Source: a virus
Lineage: Duplodnaviria; Caudoviricetes
Length of the DNA: 33,428 nucleotides
Direction: 5' to 3' (one strand)
Virus record (IMG/VR): IMGVR_UViG_3300020543_000018
Span: 1 to 33,428 of that record
The position numbers and the translations under genes were made by a program. The notes below the pieces were generated by a model. It was not told where the DNA came from. It did not search any database and saw nothing but the letters and a program-made list of their open reading frames with translations. Numbering within the stretch: position 1 is the stretch's first letter; the number at the start of each line of letters is the position of its first letter. Shown here piece by piece: positions 9,961-17,376 of this stretch.

Positions 9961-10436
9961 CGCACCACCTCCTTGGTGTCAAACTGTCCACGCGCATTCT
10001 TCTTCGCCAATAGCAGCATCCCCACCTTCACCCTAGCACTGTCCTGCACACGCACCACCTCGCCCTTCGTCCCAATCACAAAACGGTAGTTCATCGCTTT
10101 CTTCGCAATCTTCACCTCCACATAATCCCCAGGCTCGTCAGCCACCTCGGCTGCATCAAACACCTCCGGCTTAAATGCGCCAATCTCCTCTGTGGTCAAT
10201 GCAGGGATCACGTCCACTACTTCTGCTGGCGGAGGCACCATTGCCGGAGGCACTGCCACGGGCACTGCCCCCACGGGCTTCGCCATTGCTACTGCACGCA
10301 CGGCTTCCTCGTCGTACCACTTCTCCATGCCAGTGCCCTTCTTGCGCTCCTGCACCTGCTCGCTCGTCCACTTGTGCTTGCGGACATCCACGCCAAACTG
10401 CTGCATCGCTTGCTTACGATTGATGTATGTAGCCAT
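9957..10436 (-). CDS. Hypothetical protein (possible N-terminal DNA-binding domain, P/A-rich linker)
   Basis: ATG at 10436 lies just downstream of a sigma70-like promoter. ATGA coupling to the DUF1599 gene. Confidence 0.7.
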   Translation of the reverse strand: MATYINRKQAMQQFGVDVRKHKWTSEQVQERKKGTGMEKWYDEEAVRAVAMAKPVGAVPVAVPPAMVPPPAEVVDVIPALTTEEIGAFKPEVFDAAEVADEPGDYVEVKIAKKAMNYRFVIGTKGEVVRVQDSARVKVGMLLLAKKNARGQFDTKEVVR

Positions 10437-10446
10437 ATATGCGGCT

Positions 10447-10476
10447 ACGCTAGCACATGGGGGCAAATGAAAGCAA
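10447..10476 (-). promoter_or_regulatory. Sigma70-like promoter, possibly driving the DUF1599/terL late operon
   Basis: Minus strand TTGCTT-N18-TAGCGT with extended -10 TG, ending 10 nt before the ATG at 10436. Confidence 0.5.
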
Positions 10477-10784
10477 CCTTGCTATGCCAGCACCCTATTG
10501 AAAGGAAATGGCAGTTTGCTTTCAATGTGCTGCACGGAGCCATGCGCGGACGGGCTCGCGTTTGGTGGAAAAATTGTATGGGTGGGGATGCGTTGCAGCT
10601 CTCTCGCCCAACCTGGACTCGACCCCCTCCCCCCCTATCTGGATTCGGGATTGCTGCGTTGCTCCGCTGCTGCTGCTCCATCGCTGCTGCTGCTGCCATG
10701 TATACATGATGCGTCATTGTATTGCGTCAGGAATCGGGGGTGCATCGGTGCTGTACGGTGCTTTGCGGGATGGATGACGACACG

Positions 10785-10815
10785 AAAAAGCCCCTAGGGG
10801 ATATCCCTAGAGGCT
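10785..10815 (-). terminator. Rho-independent terminator closing the early-gene block
   Basis: Minus strand AGCCTCTAGGG-ATATC-CCCTAGGGGCT followed by TTTT. Confidence 0.7.
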
Positions 10816-10881
10816 CGTGCACCTTCAGTCTCTGCTTCGGGAGCCTAACGCATCACCTAACAATCTTAGCCTAGCCTAACA

Positions 10882-10989
10882 TCACCCCATGCTCGCCATC
10901 CTGGCGCATCCTCTCACCAGCATCACCGCGCCAATGCACAGCACAGCAAGCACGGTTCCCAACAAATCTCCGCCGTTATCCTCGCTCAT
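10882..10989 (-). CDS. Small single-TM membrane peptide (35 aa)
   Basis: Hand-translated MSEDNGGDLLGTVLAVLCIGAVMLVRGCARMASMG. ATGA overlap with the upstream gene. Confidence 0.55.
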   Translation of the reverse strand: MSEDNGGDLLGTVLAVLCIGAVMLVRGCARMASMG

Positions 10990-11333
10990 CTCATTCCCCC
11001 TTCAACGTAGTCGCCCCAGGTGGTTAGCCGTATTGTGCCGCTCCTCGCTGAATAGAGCAGGGTAGGTGAGTAAGTGTCCCCTGTATTAAGGTACAGTGAG
11101 CCATCATCCAGCCCTTCAACGCCGTAGGATCCGACAACTTCATCCAAACACTCCATCAGTCTGTCTGTATACGGGAGGGGGTTGTAGCAAGCAGCGAAAT
11201 GCTTGTTTGCCTCAGGGAATAGTGTCGCATCCATTGTCTTCACTTCCCGCCTAATCAATCCCCTCACGAGTCTCGCCTGCTCGTCGGACAGTCCCAAATA
11301 CTCTCTCAGCCGTTTTGCGCCTGGTGCGTTCAT
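10986..11333 (-). CDS. Early hypothetical protein (YLNTGDTY family)
   Basis: GGGAGG SD plus ATGA start at 11333. YLNTGDTYSPTLLY...WGDYVE is a recurrent phage early-protein pattern. Confidence 0.75.
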   Translation of the reverse strand: MNAPGAKRLREYLGLSDEQARLVRGLIRREVKTMDATLFPEANKHFAACYNPLPYTDRLMECLDEVVGSYGVEGLDDGSLYLNTGDTYSPTLLYSARSGTIRLTTWGDYVEGGMR

Positions 11334-11599
11334 CTCGCCACCTCCCATACAAGTTCAGGTGCGGTCTGATAGTGTGCAGTATGCGGTCTGAAGGTGTGGA
11401 CTCTCTCGCCGTTCGCTTCATCCGTTGTGGCGTAGCCAGTGATGTGCTTGCCACGAACCCGCACGCTAGCGGGAATGGAAAAGAAAGTGTCAGGCGTTTG
11501 TGCCAGCTCCGCCGCTCGAACTTTGCCATCTGCACACAATAGCCTGTTGCCATTCCGCCGGATGAGGCCCCATGGGTAAGTGTAGTTAATTGTCGTCAT
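11330..11599 (-). CDS. Early hypothetical protein
   Basis: ATG at 11599 just after the previous stop. Contains PDTFFSIPA. Confidence 0.7.
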   Translation of the reverse strand: MTTINYTYPWGLIRRNGNRLLCADGKVRAAELAQTPDTFFSIPASVRVRGKHITGYATTDEANGERVHTFRPHTAHYQTAPELVWEVAR

Positions 11600-11603
11600 A
11601 GCC

Positions 11604-12017
11604 TTATGCGTGAGCCTCAACGATTGTCCAATTGGTTAACCCGAGAAACTCAGCGAACGCCGTAATTGCCCCGATAATTGCCTGTGTCCCCACACCGTGA
11701 ATTGAGTGCTCCAGCGTCAACCCCGCATCACGCAGTGCCGAGTCAACAGCCGCGCTTTCTTTGCAATAGCCACAGCCACCAGCTTTCCCTTTGCCTACAG
11801 CGTACCAATCGCGAGTGGATAGCCAAACGCATGCAAAGGCCGTTTGAGCTGGCCAGTATACTCGTATGATTAACGGCTCTGCATGGTGCACAACCCCCAG
11901 CAATCGCGGGTTGTCTAGGTCAACTAGTGTATACTGCCGGAATAGTCCCGATTTTTCCTTTCGGTAGCTTCCAAGGGTGTTGGAAGCTGGTTTGCAATTA
12001 GTCACTTTGTTTTTCAT
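11604..12017 (-). CDS. Early hypothetical protein (GxGxAGGxGYxKxSAA family)
   Basis: 137 aa with GKGKAGGCGYCKESAA. Preceded by the ACATACAGA leader motif. Confidence 0.75.
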   Translation of the reverse strand: MKNKVTNCKPASNTLGSYRKEKSGLFRQYTLVDLDNPRLLGVVHHAEPLIIRVYWPAQTAFACVWLSTRDWYAVGKGKAGGCGYCKESAAVDSALRDAGLTLEHSIHGVGTQAIIGAITAFAEFLGLTNWTIVEAHA

Positions 12018-12047
12018 GTGTCTGTATGTATTGGTTGGTTGGTTGTT

Positions 12048-12206
12048 TTACTCCGCAAAAGCTGACCAAAGCCCCATCCCGTAGCTAACAGTGCATAGCA
12101 CACCAAAAGCCACAGCCTCCCAAAGTGAGAGGCTGAGTTGAGATAGTGCGACAACGTCCCCGCATGCGAGGACGATGAATCCGGTTGATATGGTATTTTT
12201 GTTCAT
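12048..12206 (-). CDS. Small hydrophobic membrane protein (52 aa)
   Basis: Hand-translated MNKNTISTGFIVLACGDVVALSQLSLSLWEAVAFGVLCTVSYGMGLWSAFAE. Fills the gap between two genes. Confidence 0.6.
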   Translation of the reverse strand: MNKNTISTGFIVLACGDVVALSQLSLSLWEAVAFGVLCTVSYGMGLWSAFAE

Positions 12207-12211
12207 GGCGG

Positions 12212-12445
12212 TTAGTAGAGGTTCAGTTTGTTCAGTTCATTTTTGTCCAGCGGGTATCTGGTTTCAATCCAGCCTCTCCCTGGCGCACCGTTCACGCTGT
12301 ACCACACACCGTTCAGTTGAGCTATCGGGCCTGTTTTCGTCATTCGATACCCGCTCATGATTGGAGCCTGTTCCCGTGGGAGTGTGCTCGTATAGTCCGT
12401 GATTGTTACCGTGATACCTGCTGCTGTTTTCGTTGTGTACTGCAT
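12212..12445 (-). CDS. Early hypothetical protein, first gene after a sigma28-like promoter
   Basis: 77-aa ORF whose ATG is 11 nt downstream of the GCCGATAA box. Confidence 0.65.
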   Translation of the reverse strand: MQYTTKTAAGITVTITDYTSTLPREQAPIMSGYRMTKTGPIAQLNGVWYSVNGAPGRGWIETRYPLDKNELNKLNLY

Positions 12446-12456
12446 ATGGGTATGGG

Positions 12457-12484
12457 TTATCGGCGGGATTCAGCCCCCACTTTA
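12457..12484 (-). promoter_or_regulatory. Sigma28 (FliA/SigD)-like promoter
   Basis: Minus strand TAAAG-N15-GCCGATAA, very close to the sigma28 consensus. Upstream A/T tracts. Confidence 0.65.
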
Positions 12485-12709
12485 GCAAAAAGTGCAAAAA
12501 AGTTTCCCCTTCACTCTCCGCTTGCAATCCACGCTAATCCCCACTAAACGCGCCGCCCCATCGCCAGGGCATGGCTACGCCACAACGCCAGGGGCTACAC
12601 ACGCCAACCCCACGGGGGAGGCTTTGTGGCCTCCCAACCGTGGAGCAGCGGGATCATCTGCCCGTGGATGGGCGGGTGCGCGGGCGGGTGCGTGTGCGTG
12701 TGTGCGCTA

Positions 12710-12770
12710 TTTTTGAATTTTGAAGTTCATTTTTGAATTTTGCTTTTTGAATTTTGAATTTTTGAATTTT
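12710..12770. repeat. Tandem TTTTGAA(TT) repeat array
   Basis: About six copies of TTTTGAA in 60 nt, immediately after a GC-rich alternating purine/pyrimidine tract. Confidence 0.85.
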
Positions 12771-12868
12771 CACTCCCGCATCATTGCCACACCGAACCGA
12801 AGGAAGGTGAATAGAACTGCTAGAACGATGAAGGCAGGAACGGCATAGGGGTCATGTGGTTCATTCAT
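12770..12868 (-). CDS. Small single-TM membrane peptide (32 aa)
   Basis: Hand-translated MNEPHDPYAVPAFIVLAVLFTFLRFGVAMMRE. Overlaps the stop of the upstream gene. Confidence 0.55.
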   Translation of the reverse strand: MNEPHDPYAVPAFIVLAVLFTFLRFGVAMMRE

Positions 12869-13055
12869 ACAAATCGAATTCTGAAGGCGTCTCTGCTGTC
12901 ACCACTCTGAATCCACACTGGTCTGCGTAGTGCTCTGCCTCCACTAGTGCATCGTGCAGGGAGCTGAACAGCTCAGGCTCATAGGGTGCTCCGTCAATCG
13001 AGCATTTGATATCGGCCCAGCCGTTGACTGATAGGGTTTGAATCTTCCAAGTCAT
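12861..13055 (-). CDS. Early hypothetical protein
   Basis: 64 aa, preceded by the ACATACAGA leader. Confidence 0.7.
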   Translation of the reverse strand: MTWKIQTLSVNGWADIKCSIDGAPYEPELFSSLHDALVEAEHYADQCGFRVVTAETPSEFDLYE

Positions 13056-13071
13056 AATGTCTGTATGTTGG

Positions 13072-13269
13072 CTATGCTGTTATGTATGTGTGTTCTGCTA
13101 TTATGTAGCGAACGTAGTTCTTTTCATTAGTGCGAGCGCACTCGTCGTCGTCCGTTTTTTTGAGAATCGCTTTCACCCGTTGCGCCAGTGCTTCGGTCGC
13201 GCAAATGCACTCGATTTCTCCGTGAGAATCAAACGTGTTAGCCAGTCTTGTAACCGAGTAAACTTTCAT
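13072..13269 (-). CDS. Early hypothetical protein
   Basis: 65 aa, preceded by the ACATACAGA leader. MKVYSV...CATEALA pattern. Confidence 0.7.
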   Translation of the reverse strand: MKVYSVTRLANTFDSHGEIECICATEALAQRVKAILKKTDDDECARTNEKNYVRYIIAEHTYITA

Positions 13270-13290
13270 GGTCTGTATGTTGGTTAGTGG

Positions 13291-13815
13291 TTATTTGATG
13301 GTCACAAGGTACGCTCTGCCAGAGCCGTGTTCGGTATCGACCCAGCCGATTTCGTCAACCCATTCGATGAATGGGTGGAAACAGATATCTGATAGCGTGG
13401 AGTCGAAGTAGTTCCATGCGTCCTCTGGCTTTACTCCCCCTCTGATTCGGTATGCGACGATATCAACCGTGAACTGCGTCTCTGGATTGCCTAGCTCATC
13501 GTCGTACAACTCGGATGCTGAAACGTGAACCAGTTCATGTTCTTTGAACTGGCAATTGATGACTCTAGCTGCCTCGTGTGGCGTGATGGATGTGGTCTTC
13601 ATGTCTGTATGTTGGTTAGTGGTTTTGTTTCGCAAACAGCAGTTCGGTTCAGCAAAAAATCCCTCCTTATAGTGGATAGCCAGTGAGCAGTCGCCAGTGG
13701 TGCTGCATTTGACCATTGCTCTGCCTAATTTGTCTATGATTAGCCTATACGCTAGGCTCATCCAGTACACTTCGCGCCCATTGGCTAGGGCTTGCATTGC
13801 CTGTTCCAGTGTCAT
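13291..13815 (-). CDS. Early hypothetical protein, probably a fusion with an internal start at 13602
   Basis: 174-aa frame. A full leader motif (ACCACTAACCAACATACAGAC) precedes the in-frame ATG at 13602. Confidence 0.65.
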   Translation of the reverse strand: MTLEQAMQALANGREVYWMSLAYRLIIDKLGRAMVKCSTTGDCSLAIHYKEGFFAEPNCCLRNKTTNQHTDMKTTSITPHEAARVINCQFKEHELVHVSASELYDDELGNPETQFTVDIVAYRIRGGVKPEDAWNYFDSTLSDICFHPFIEWVDEIGWVDTEHGSGRAYLVTIK

Positions 13816-14135
13816 TTGATTAGCCCTTTCAGCATCGTTACCCTATCCTCATTCGGCTCCGGCGCATCCAACTCGTCATCGAGCGACTCCCTCAGCCACG
13901 TTTGCAGGTTGTCCTCACAATACTCTGCTAGTCCCTCCACAATGTCAGTAGGTTCGGCATCACCTGCCATGGCGTATAGCCCTTCGCGGTCGCTCACAAT
14001 CATGTATTCGTCGCGGTATTGCTCCGCCCAGTCGCTATAGACCGCTATCCAGCCCTCATCGCAATAGCAGAGGGACTCGTTGGGGTTATTGAGGACAGCG
14101 CGGATGGCGCCAGTCAGTTGGTCGTTTGTGCTCAT
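13812..14135 (-). CDS. Acidic early hypothetical protein
   Basis: Start reassigned to the ATG at 14135 (MSTNDQL), which follows the leader motif and lies downstream of the promoter at 14177-14204. D/E-rich. Confidence 0.7.
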   Translation of the reverse strand: MSTNDQLTGAIRAVLNNPNESLCYCDEGWIAVYSDWAEQYRDEYMIVSDREGLYAMAGDAEPTDIVEGLAEYCEDNLQTWLRESLDDELDAPEPNEDRVTMLKGLIK

Positions 14136-14176
14136 AGTATCTGTATGTGAGCGAGGGGTTGTCCTCGCTGAGTGGA

Positions 14177-14204
14177 TAATCGGCACACTCCCGCATGGCC
14201 TTAA
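14177..14204 (-). promoter_or_regulatory. Sigma28-like promoter (second copy)
   Basis: Minus strand TTAAG-N15-GCCGATTA with an upstream A tract. Confidence 0.6.
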
Positions 14205-14389
14205 ACCTTTTTTTCCAAAAAGTTTTGCGCCCCACAAATCCCGTTGACTGCCCCGCGAGCTACGATTATTTGCGCGAGCGTCCATGCTCCAGGGACACGG
14301 CTACCGCAGCACCACACCGCTACGCGAAAAACCCCCAAGCAGCACCCGCTGCAAGGGGGAGTTCCATTCGCACCCGTCGTGCGCTCAAG

Positions 14390-14416
14390 CTATCGGCAAA
14401 CCACCAGGCGGCTCAA
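14390..14416 (-). promoter_or_regulatory. Weaker sigma28-like promoter candidate
   Basis: Minus strand TTGAG-N14-GCCGATAG with an upstream A tract. Confidence 0.4.
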
Positions 14417-14420
14417 GCAC

Positions 14421-14450
14421 TTTTTTGAAATTTGAAATTTGAAATTTGGA
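14421..14450. repeat. Tandem TTTGAAA repeat
   Basis: ttttttgaaa tttgaaa tttgaaa tttgga; related to the 12710-12770 array. Confidence 0.75.
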
Positions 14451-14453
14451 TTT

Positions 14454-14693
14454 TCAAGCATAGGCAATGAACTCAAGCCCGGCGCCTTTGATGGACGGCA
14501 GTAACCCTCGCTCATCGTAGATGCCTGCGCCCTTGGGAACGATCCCATCCTGCGGCGGGTTATGCCCCATCTGCTGAATCGGCCCTGCGGCTGCACCAGG
14601 GGATGGCTTCGATAGCACCACGAGCCCAGCAGGGGCATCCATGCCTGTGTATCGTTGCAGCAGTTCTTTGAACGGTACTCCTTCAACCTTCAT
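14454..14693 (-). CDS. Hypothetical protein
   Basis: 79-aa ORF following the putative terS. Confidence 0.6.
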   Translation of the reverse strand: MKVEGVPFKELLQRYTGMDAPAGLVVLSKPSPGAAAGPIQQMGHNPPQDGIVPKGAGIYDERGLLPSIKGAGLEFIAYA

Positions 14694-14705
14694 ACTTTTT
14701 TGAAT

Positions 14706-15245
14706 TTACGATTTTGGCTTCAGCGCATCCTGAAACATTTTTGAAATGTCCTGCGCCCCATGAATGTGCACATGCTGGTGCATGATGTCCGGCGTGCTAC
14801 GCTCCATGGCTAGCAGCTTGTCCATGGTTATTCCAGCAGCAATCGCAGCATCTCGTCCGCCCATTGTGGGCATGAGGTCAGTGAGCCTGTCCAGTGAAGC
14901 GTCCGCCACCCGTTGCAGCTTGGCCTTTAGATTGTGCCGATAGTACGACTCCCGAAACTGCGAGTCCGTGTCCAGAGCATGCGTCTTGATGGATTCCACT
15001 ACGTCCACCCCAAACCCCGTTGCTGCGACGATCGCTGAGGTGGCATTCCCCTGCTGATACATATCGATGACTCGCTTGCGTACCTCGTCGGTTGCGATAG
15101 CAAGTGCGCCTCTGCCGTTGATTTTCTCAACGTCCACATTGACGTGATCTTTGACCCGCACGCCGGATAGTCCAGCAAGTTGGTTTGCCCTTGCTGTTTC
15201 GCTCTTGTAGCTAGCAGGTCGTCGTTGGCGTTCCTTCTCTTTCAT
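14706..15245 (-). CDS. Putative terminase small subunit (HTH protein)
   Basis: HTH-like VRKRVIDMYQQGNATSAIVAATG, helical core ending RDAAIAAGITMDK and a beta-like tail HQHVHIH. This architecture is typical of TerS. Start could be 15245 or 15254. Confidence 0.55.
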   Translation of the reverse strand: MKEKERQRRPASYKSETARANQLAGLSGVRVKDHVNVDVEKINGRGALAIATDEVRKRVIDMYQQGNATSAIVAATGFGVDVVESIKTHALDTDSQFRESYYRHNLKAKLQRVADASLDRLTDLMPTMGGRDAAIAAGITMDKLLAMERSTPDIMHQHVHIHGAQDISKMFQDALKPKS

Positions 15246-15429
15246 GTTTAGCAAGCCTCGGCATAGTCACTTCTCTGTACACTGCGGACTTTAGCATGTC
15301 GCACTCTAATAGCACAGACCTATCTCCAGGCCGTGCATCCATGTCGTTGGTGATGCGAGTGCGGATACGCTGCTCCATCGATTCGATCAGGCACATGGCC
15401 CTATCTAATAGTTGCTCTGTTCTGTTCAT
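15211..15429 (-). CDS. Hypothetical protein
   Basis: ATGA-coupled start at 15429 (MNRTEQLL). Confidence 0.6.
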   Translation of the reverse strand: MNRTEQLLDRAMCLIESMEQRIRTRITNDMDARPGDRSVLLECDMLKSAVYREVTMPRLAKHEREGTPTTTC

Positions 15430-15677
15430 ATTATCGTCACAAATAGCGGAGTTTGCTCGCCAACGTAAGCATAGAACGTGTTGAACTCCAGGTGCTCGAT
15501 TGCTTCTTCCTCGCTCATCCCCTCGGCAACCATGCACTGCACGCACGCCACCTTGTCGTAGATTGCTCGCGGAACATCGTCGTCGGTGTAGCCAATGAAG
15601 GCTTCGTCCAGCCCGTCTGCTAGCAGGAGTTCAATGTCCCGCTCCTCACACATTTTTTGAATTTCCTCTCTCGTCAT
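15426..15677 (-). CDS. Conserved phage hypothetical protein (DGLDEAFIG family)
   Basis: ADGLDEAFIG...EEAIEHLEFN..AYVGEQTP pattern; ATGA coupling. Confidence 0.8.
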   Translation of the reverse strand: MTREEIQKMCEERDIELLLADGLDEAFIGYTDDDVPRAIYDKVACVQCMVAEGMSEEEAIEHLEFNTFYAYVGEQTPLFVTII

Positions 15678-16312
15678 ATCAACTCATTGATTGTCGGGAA
15701 CACGAACGCAAACCACTTCCGTACCTCCTGCGCCACCTCTCTGTGCTCCTTCTGCGTGTGCTCCGATAGCCGCTGCTGCAAGTAGTGTATCCACGAGCGG
15801 CATGTACCGCTCATGTACAGGGTAGTTGAGGTAGCTAGCGGCAGCACCATCCTCGCGCATTCACGGGCAACTCCAGCGTTGAGCAACTCACGGTAGAATA
15901 ACGCTGCCTCTCTGTTAAATAGCCGCACCCGTGCTTCCAGCCCAGCCTCCTCAACTGGCTCTGCGCTTGATTGCCGATTCTTCTCAGCCTGCTTGCGTAG
16001 CTCTACAGGCTCAATGCCAATGGCTTCGGAGTAGCGTTGGCTAAACTCTTGGAAGGAGAACGAGCGATGGCGTAGCAACTGCGCTGCGATTGCACGGGAG
16101 GTCTGAATCTCCACGGTCATCGATGCCTGCTCAAACACGCTCCAGTGCCCATGTTCCATGCAGTAGCGCAGTAGCTTGTGCCCTGTCTCCACGTTGGTCT
16201 GGTTGCTAGGGTTGCTTACCCTAGCGCAGTAAACCATGAGGTCTTCGGGAGTGCGAATCTCCGGCGTCTCCATCATCATAGGGACAGTGTACGATACGAG
16301 CTTCACGTTCAC
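15674..16312 (-). CDS. thyX: FAD-dependent thymidylate synthase
   Basis: ARVS, HWSVFEQ, ThyX signature QLLRHRSFSFQEFSQRY, ARECARMVLP and QKEHR. GTG start at 16312 after GGAGGAGG. Confidence 0.95.
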   Translation of the reverse strand: MNVKLVSYTVPMMMETPEIRTPEDLMVYCARVSNPSNQTNVETGHKLLRYCMEHGHWSVFEQASMTVEIQTSRAIAAQLLRHRSFSFQEFSQRYSEAIGIEPVELRKQAEKNRQSSAEPVEEAGLEARVRLFNREAALFYRELLNAGVARECARMVLPLATSTTLYMSGTCRSWIHYLQQRLSEHTQKEHREVAQEVRKWFAFVFPTINELI

Positions 16313-16608
16313 GGCTGCACCTCCTCCCACTTCCCCAGCGTTTTCAGAAACGCCTCTGCCCGTTGGCGAGCGGTGGCGCGTATGCCAAATAAAGACCCCT
16401 CTACGGCATCCAGCATCAGAGCGTAAACCATGTATTGGTTTCCACTAAGTTCGTCCTCCGCTTCGTGCATGGCGTTGAGGTCAGTGCAGTAGTCTGGGAT
16501 GGCCTGAGTGCCGACTCGTAATCCATTGTCTGGATACCAACCCCCGTCTGGGTTCCTCTCTCTGCCACACGCTTCAGCGATTGCCTCGTTGATTTCCTGA
16601 TCGCTCAT
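16309..16608 (-). CDS. Hypothetical protein (phage ABA-sandwich-like, PDYxxDLNA motif)
   Basis: Starts at a junction repeat. INEAIAEACG...PDYCTDLNAMHEAE...ATARQRAEAFL. Confidence 0.7.
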   Translation of the reverse strand: MSDQEINEAIAEACGRERNPDGGWYPDNGLRVGTQAIPDYCTDLNAMHEAEDELSGNQYMVYALMLDAVEGSLFGIRATARQRAEAFLKTLGKWEEVQP

Positions 16609-16757
16609 CTCTGCACCTCCCCACAGCGGCATCCGTTTTTGTTCATCAGGAAGCGTATGCTGTTTTGCCAAAGGTTGAGGCATAAGTTGATCCAAGCGTA
16701 AGCGATTACCAAAACGCAGACGAACAAGAGCAGTTTACGAAAGGTGATCCAGCTCAT
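16605..16757 (-). CDS. Small membrane protein (50 aa)
   Basis: MSWITFRKLLLFVCVLVIAYAWINLCL..., bounded by two junction repeats. Confidence 0.65.
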   Translation of the reverse strand: MSWITFRKLLLFVCVLVIAYAWINLCLNLWQNSIRFLMNKNGCRCGEVQR

Positions 16758-17056
16758 TCCTGCACCTCCTTCGGTGGTTCCGGCAATGGCATCCAATGGG
16801 TTGGCAGGTAGCCTCTCCACACCCCAAACTGGTCGATGCAAGACACCGTCAAGTGATACCACCTGCCAATGCAGACAAGCACCATCTCGTTGGCTGGAGG
16901 GTGAGCTTCGTCCACTGGAATCCAGCGGCGTTCTGCGCGGAGGCGATTCACTTCAAAACGAAATTGGTCGCGCTCATCTGCCAGTTCTTTGATTAGTTTT
17001 TCATATCCATTCATGGCCAATTCTCTTCCACAGTCCATGCAAAATTCTTCATTCAT
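16754..17056 (-). CDS. DUF551-like protein with N-terminal CxxC and coiled coil
   Basis: WIPVDEAHP...VLV...THWMPLPEPPK signature. Confidence 0.8.
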   Translation of the reverse strand: MNEEFCMDCGRELAMNGYEKLIKELADERDQFRFEVNRLRAERRWIPVDEAHPPANEMVLVCIGRWYHLTVSCIDQFGVWRGYLPTHWMPLPEPPKEVQE

Positions 17057-17376
17057 CCCTGCACCTCCTTCTCGAGAGCTTCCAGTTCAGCTTCAGCCGC
17101 TTTGAACTGTTTAGCGAATGGCTTATACGCCCTGAGCCACAGTGCAGCCTGCATGGCGCGTTCGCGTTGACCAAGTAACAGCGTGTTTTCGGCCGTCAAC
17201 CGCTCCAACTCAGCAGCTTGACCGCTGTTCTCAATGCGTGCGTCATGCAAGGCTTGCTTCAACCGCTCTATCTCCAGATTTTTCCAATCAATGCGCGTAT
17301 CTTGCAATCCTTCACACAGACGCTGTATGCGAGCATCATGCAATGCTTGGCGTATGGGATTTAGTTCATCGCTCAT
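17053..17376 (-). CDS. Coiled-coil hypothetical protein with internal duplication
   Basis: QALHDARI occurs twice. Bounded by junction repeats. Confidence 0.7.
   Translation of the reverse strand: MSDELNPIRQALHDARIQRLCEGLQDTRIDWKNLEIERLKQALHDARIENSGQAAELERLTAENTLLLGQRERAMQAALWLRAYKPFAKQFKAAEAELEALEKEVQG

Noticed and set aside
10445-10797. Several overlapping ORFs with poly-Ala/Gln/Cys runs
   Set aside because: They arise from the (GCT)n and G-run sequence and lie between a terminator and a promoter.
14136-14285. N-terminal extension of the 157-aa ORF call
   Set aside because: Spans the promoter block. The leader motif marks the start at 14135.
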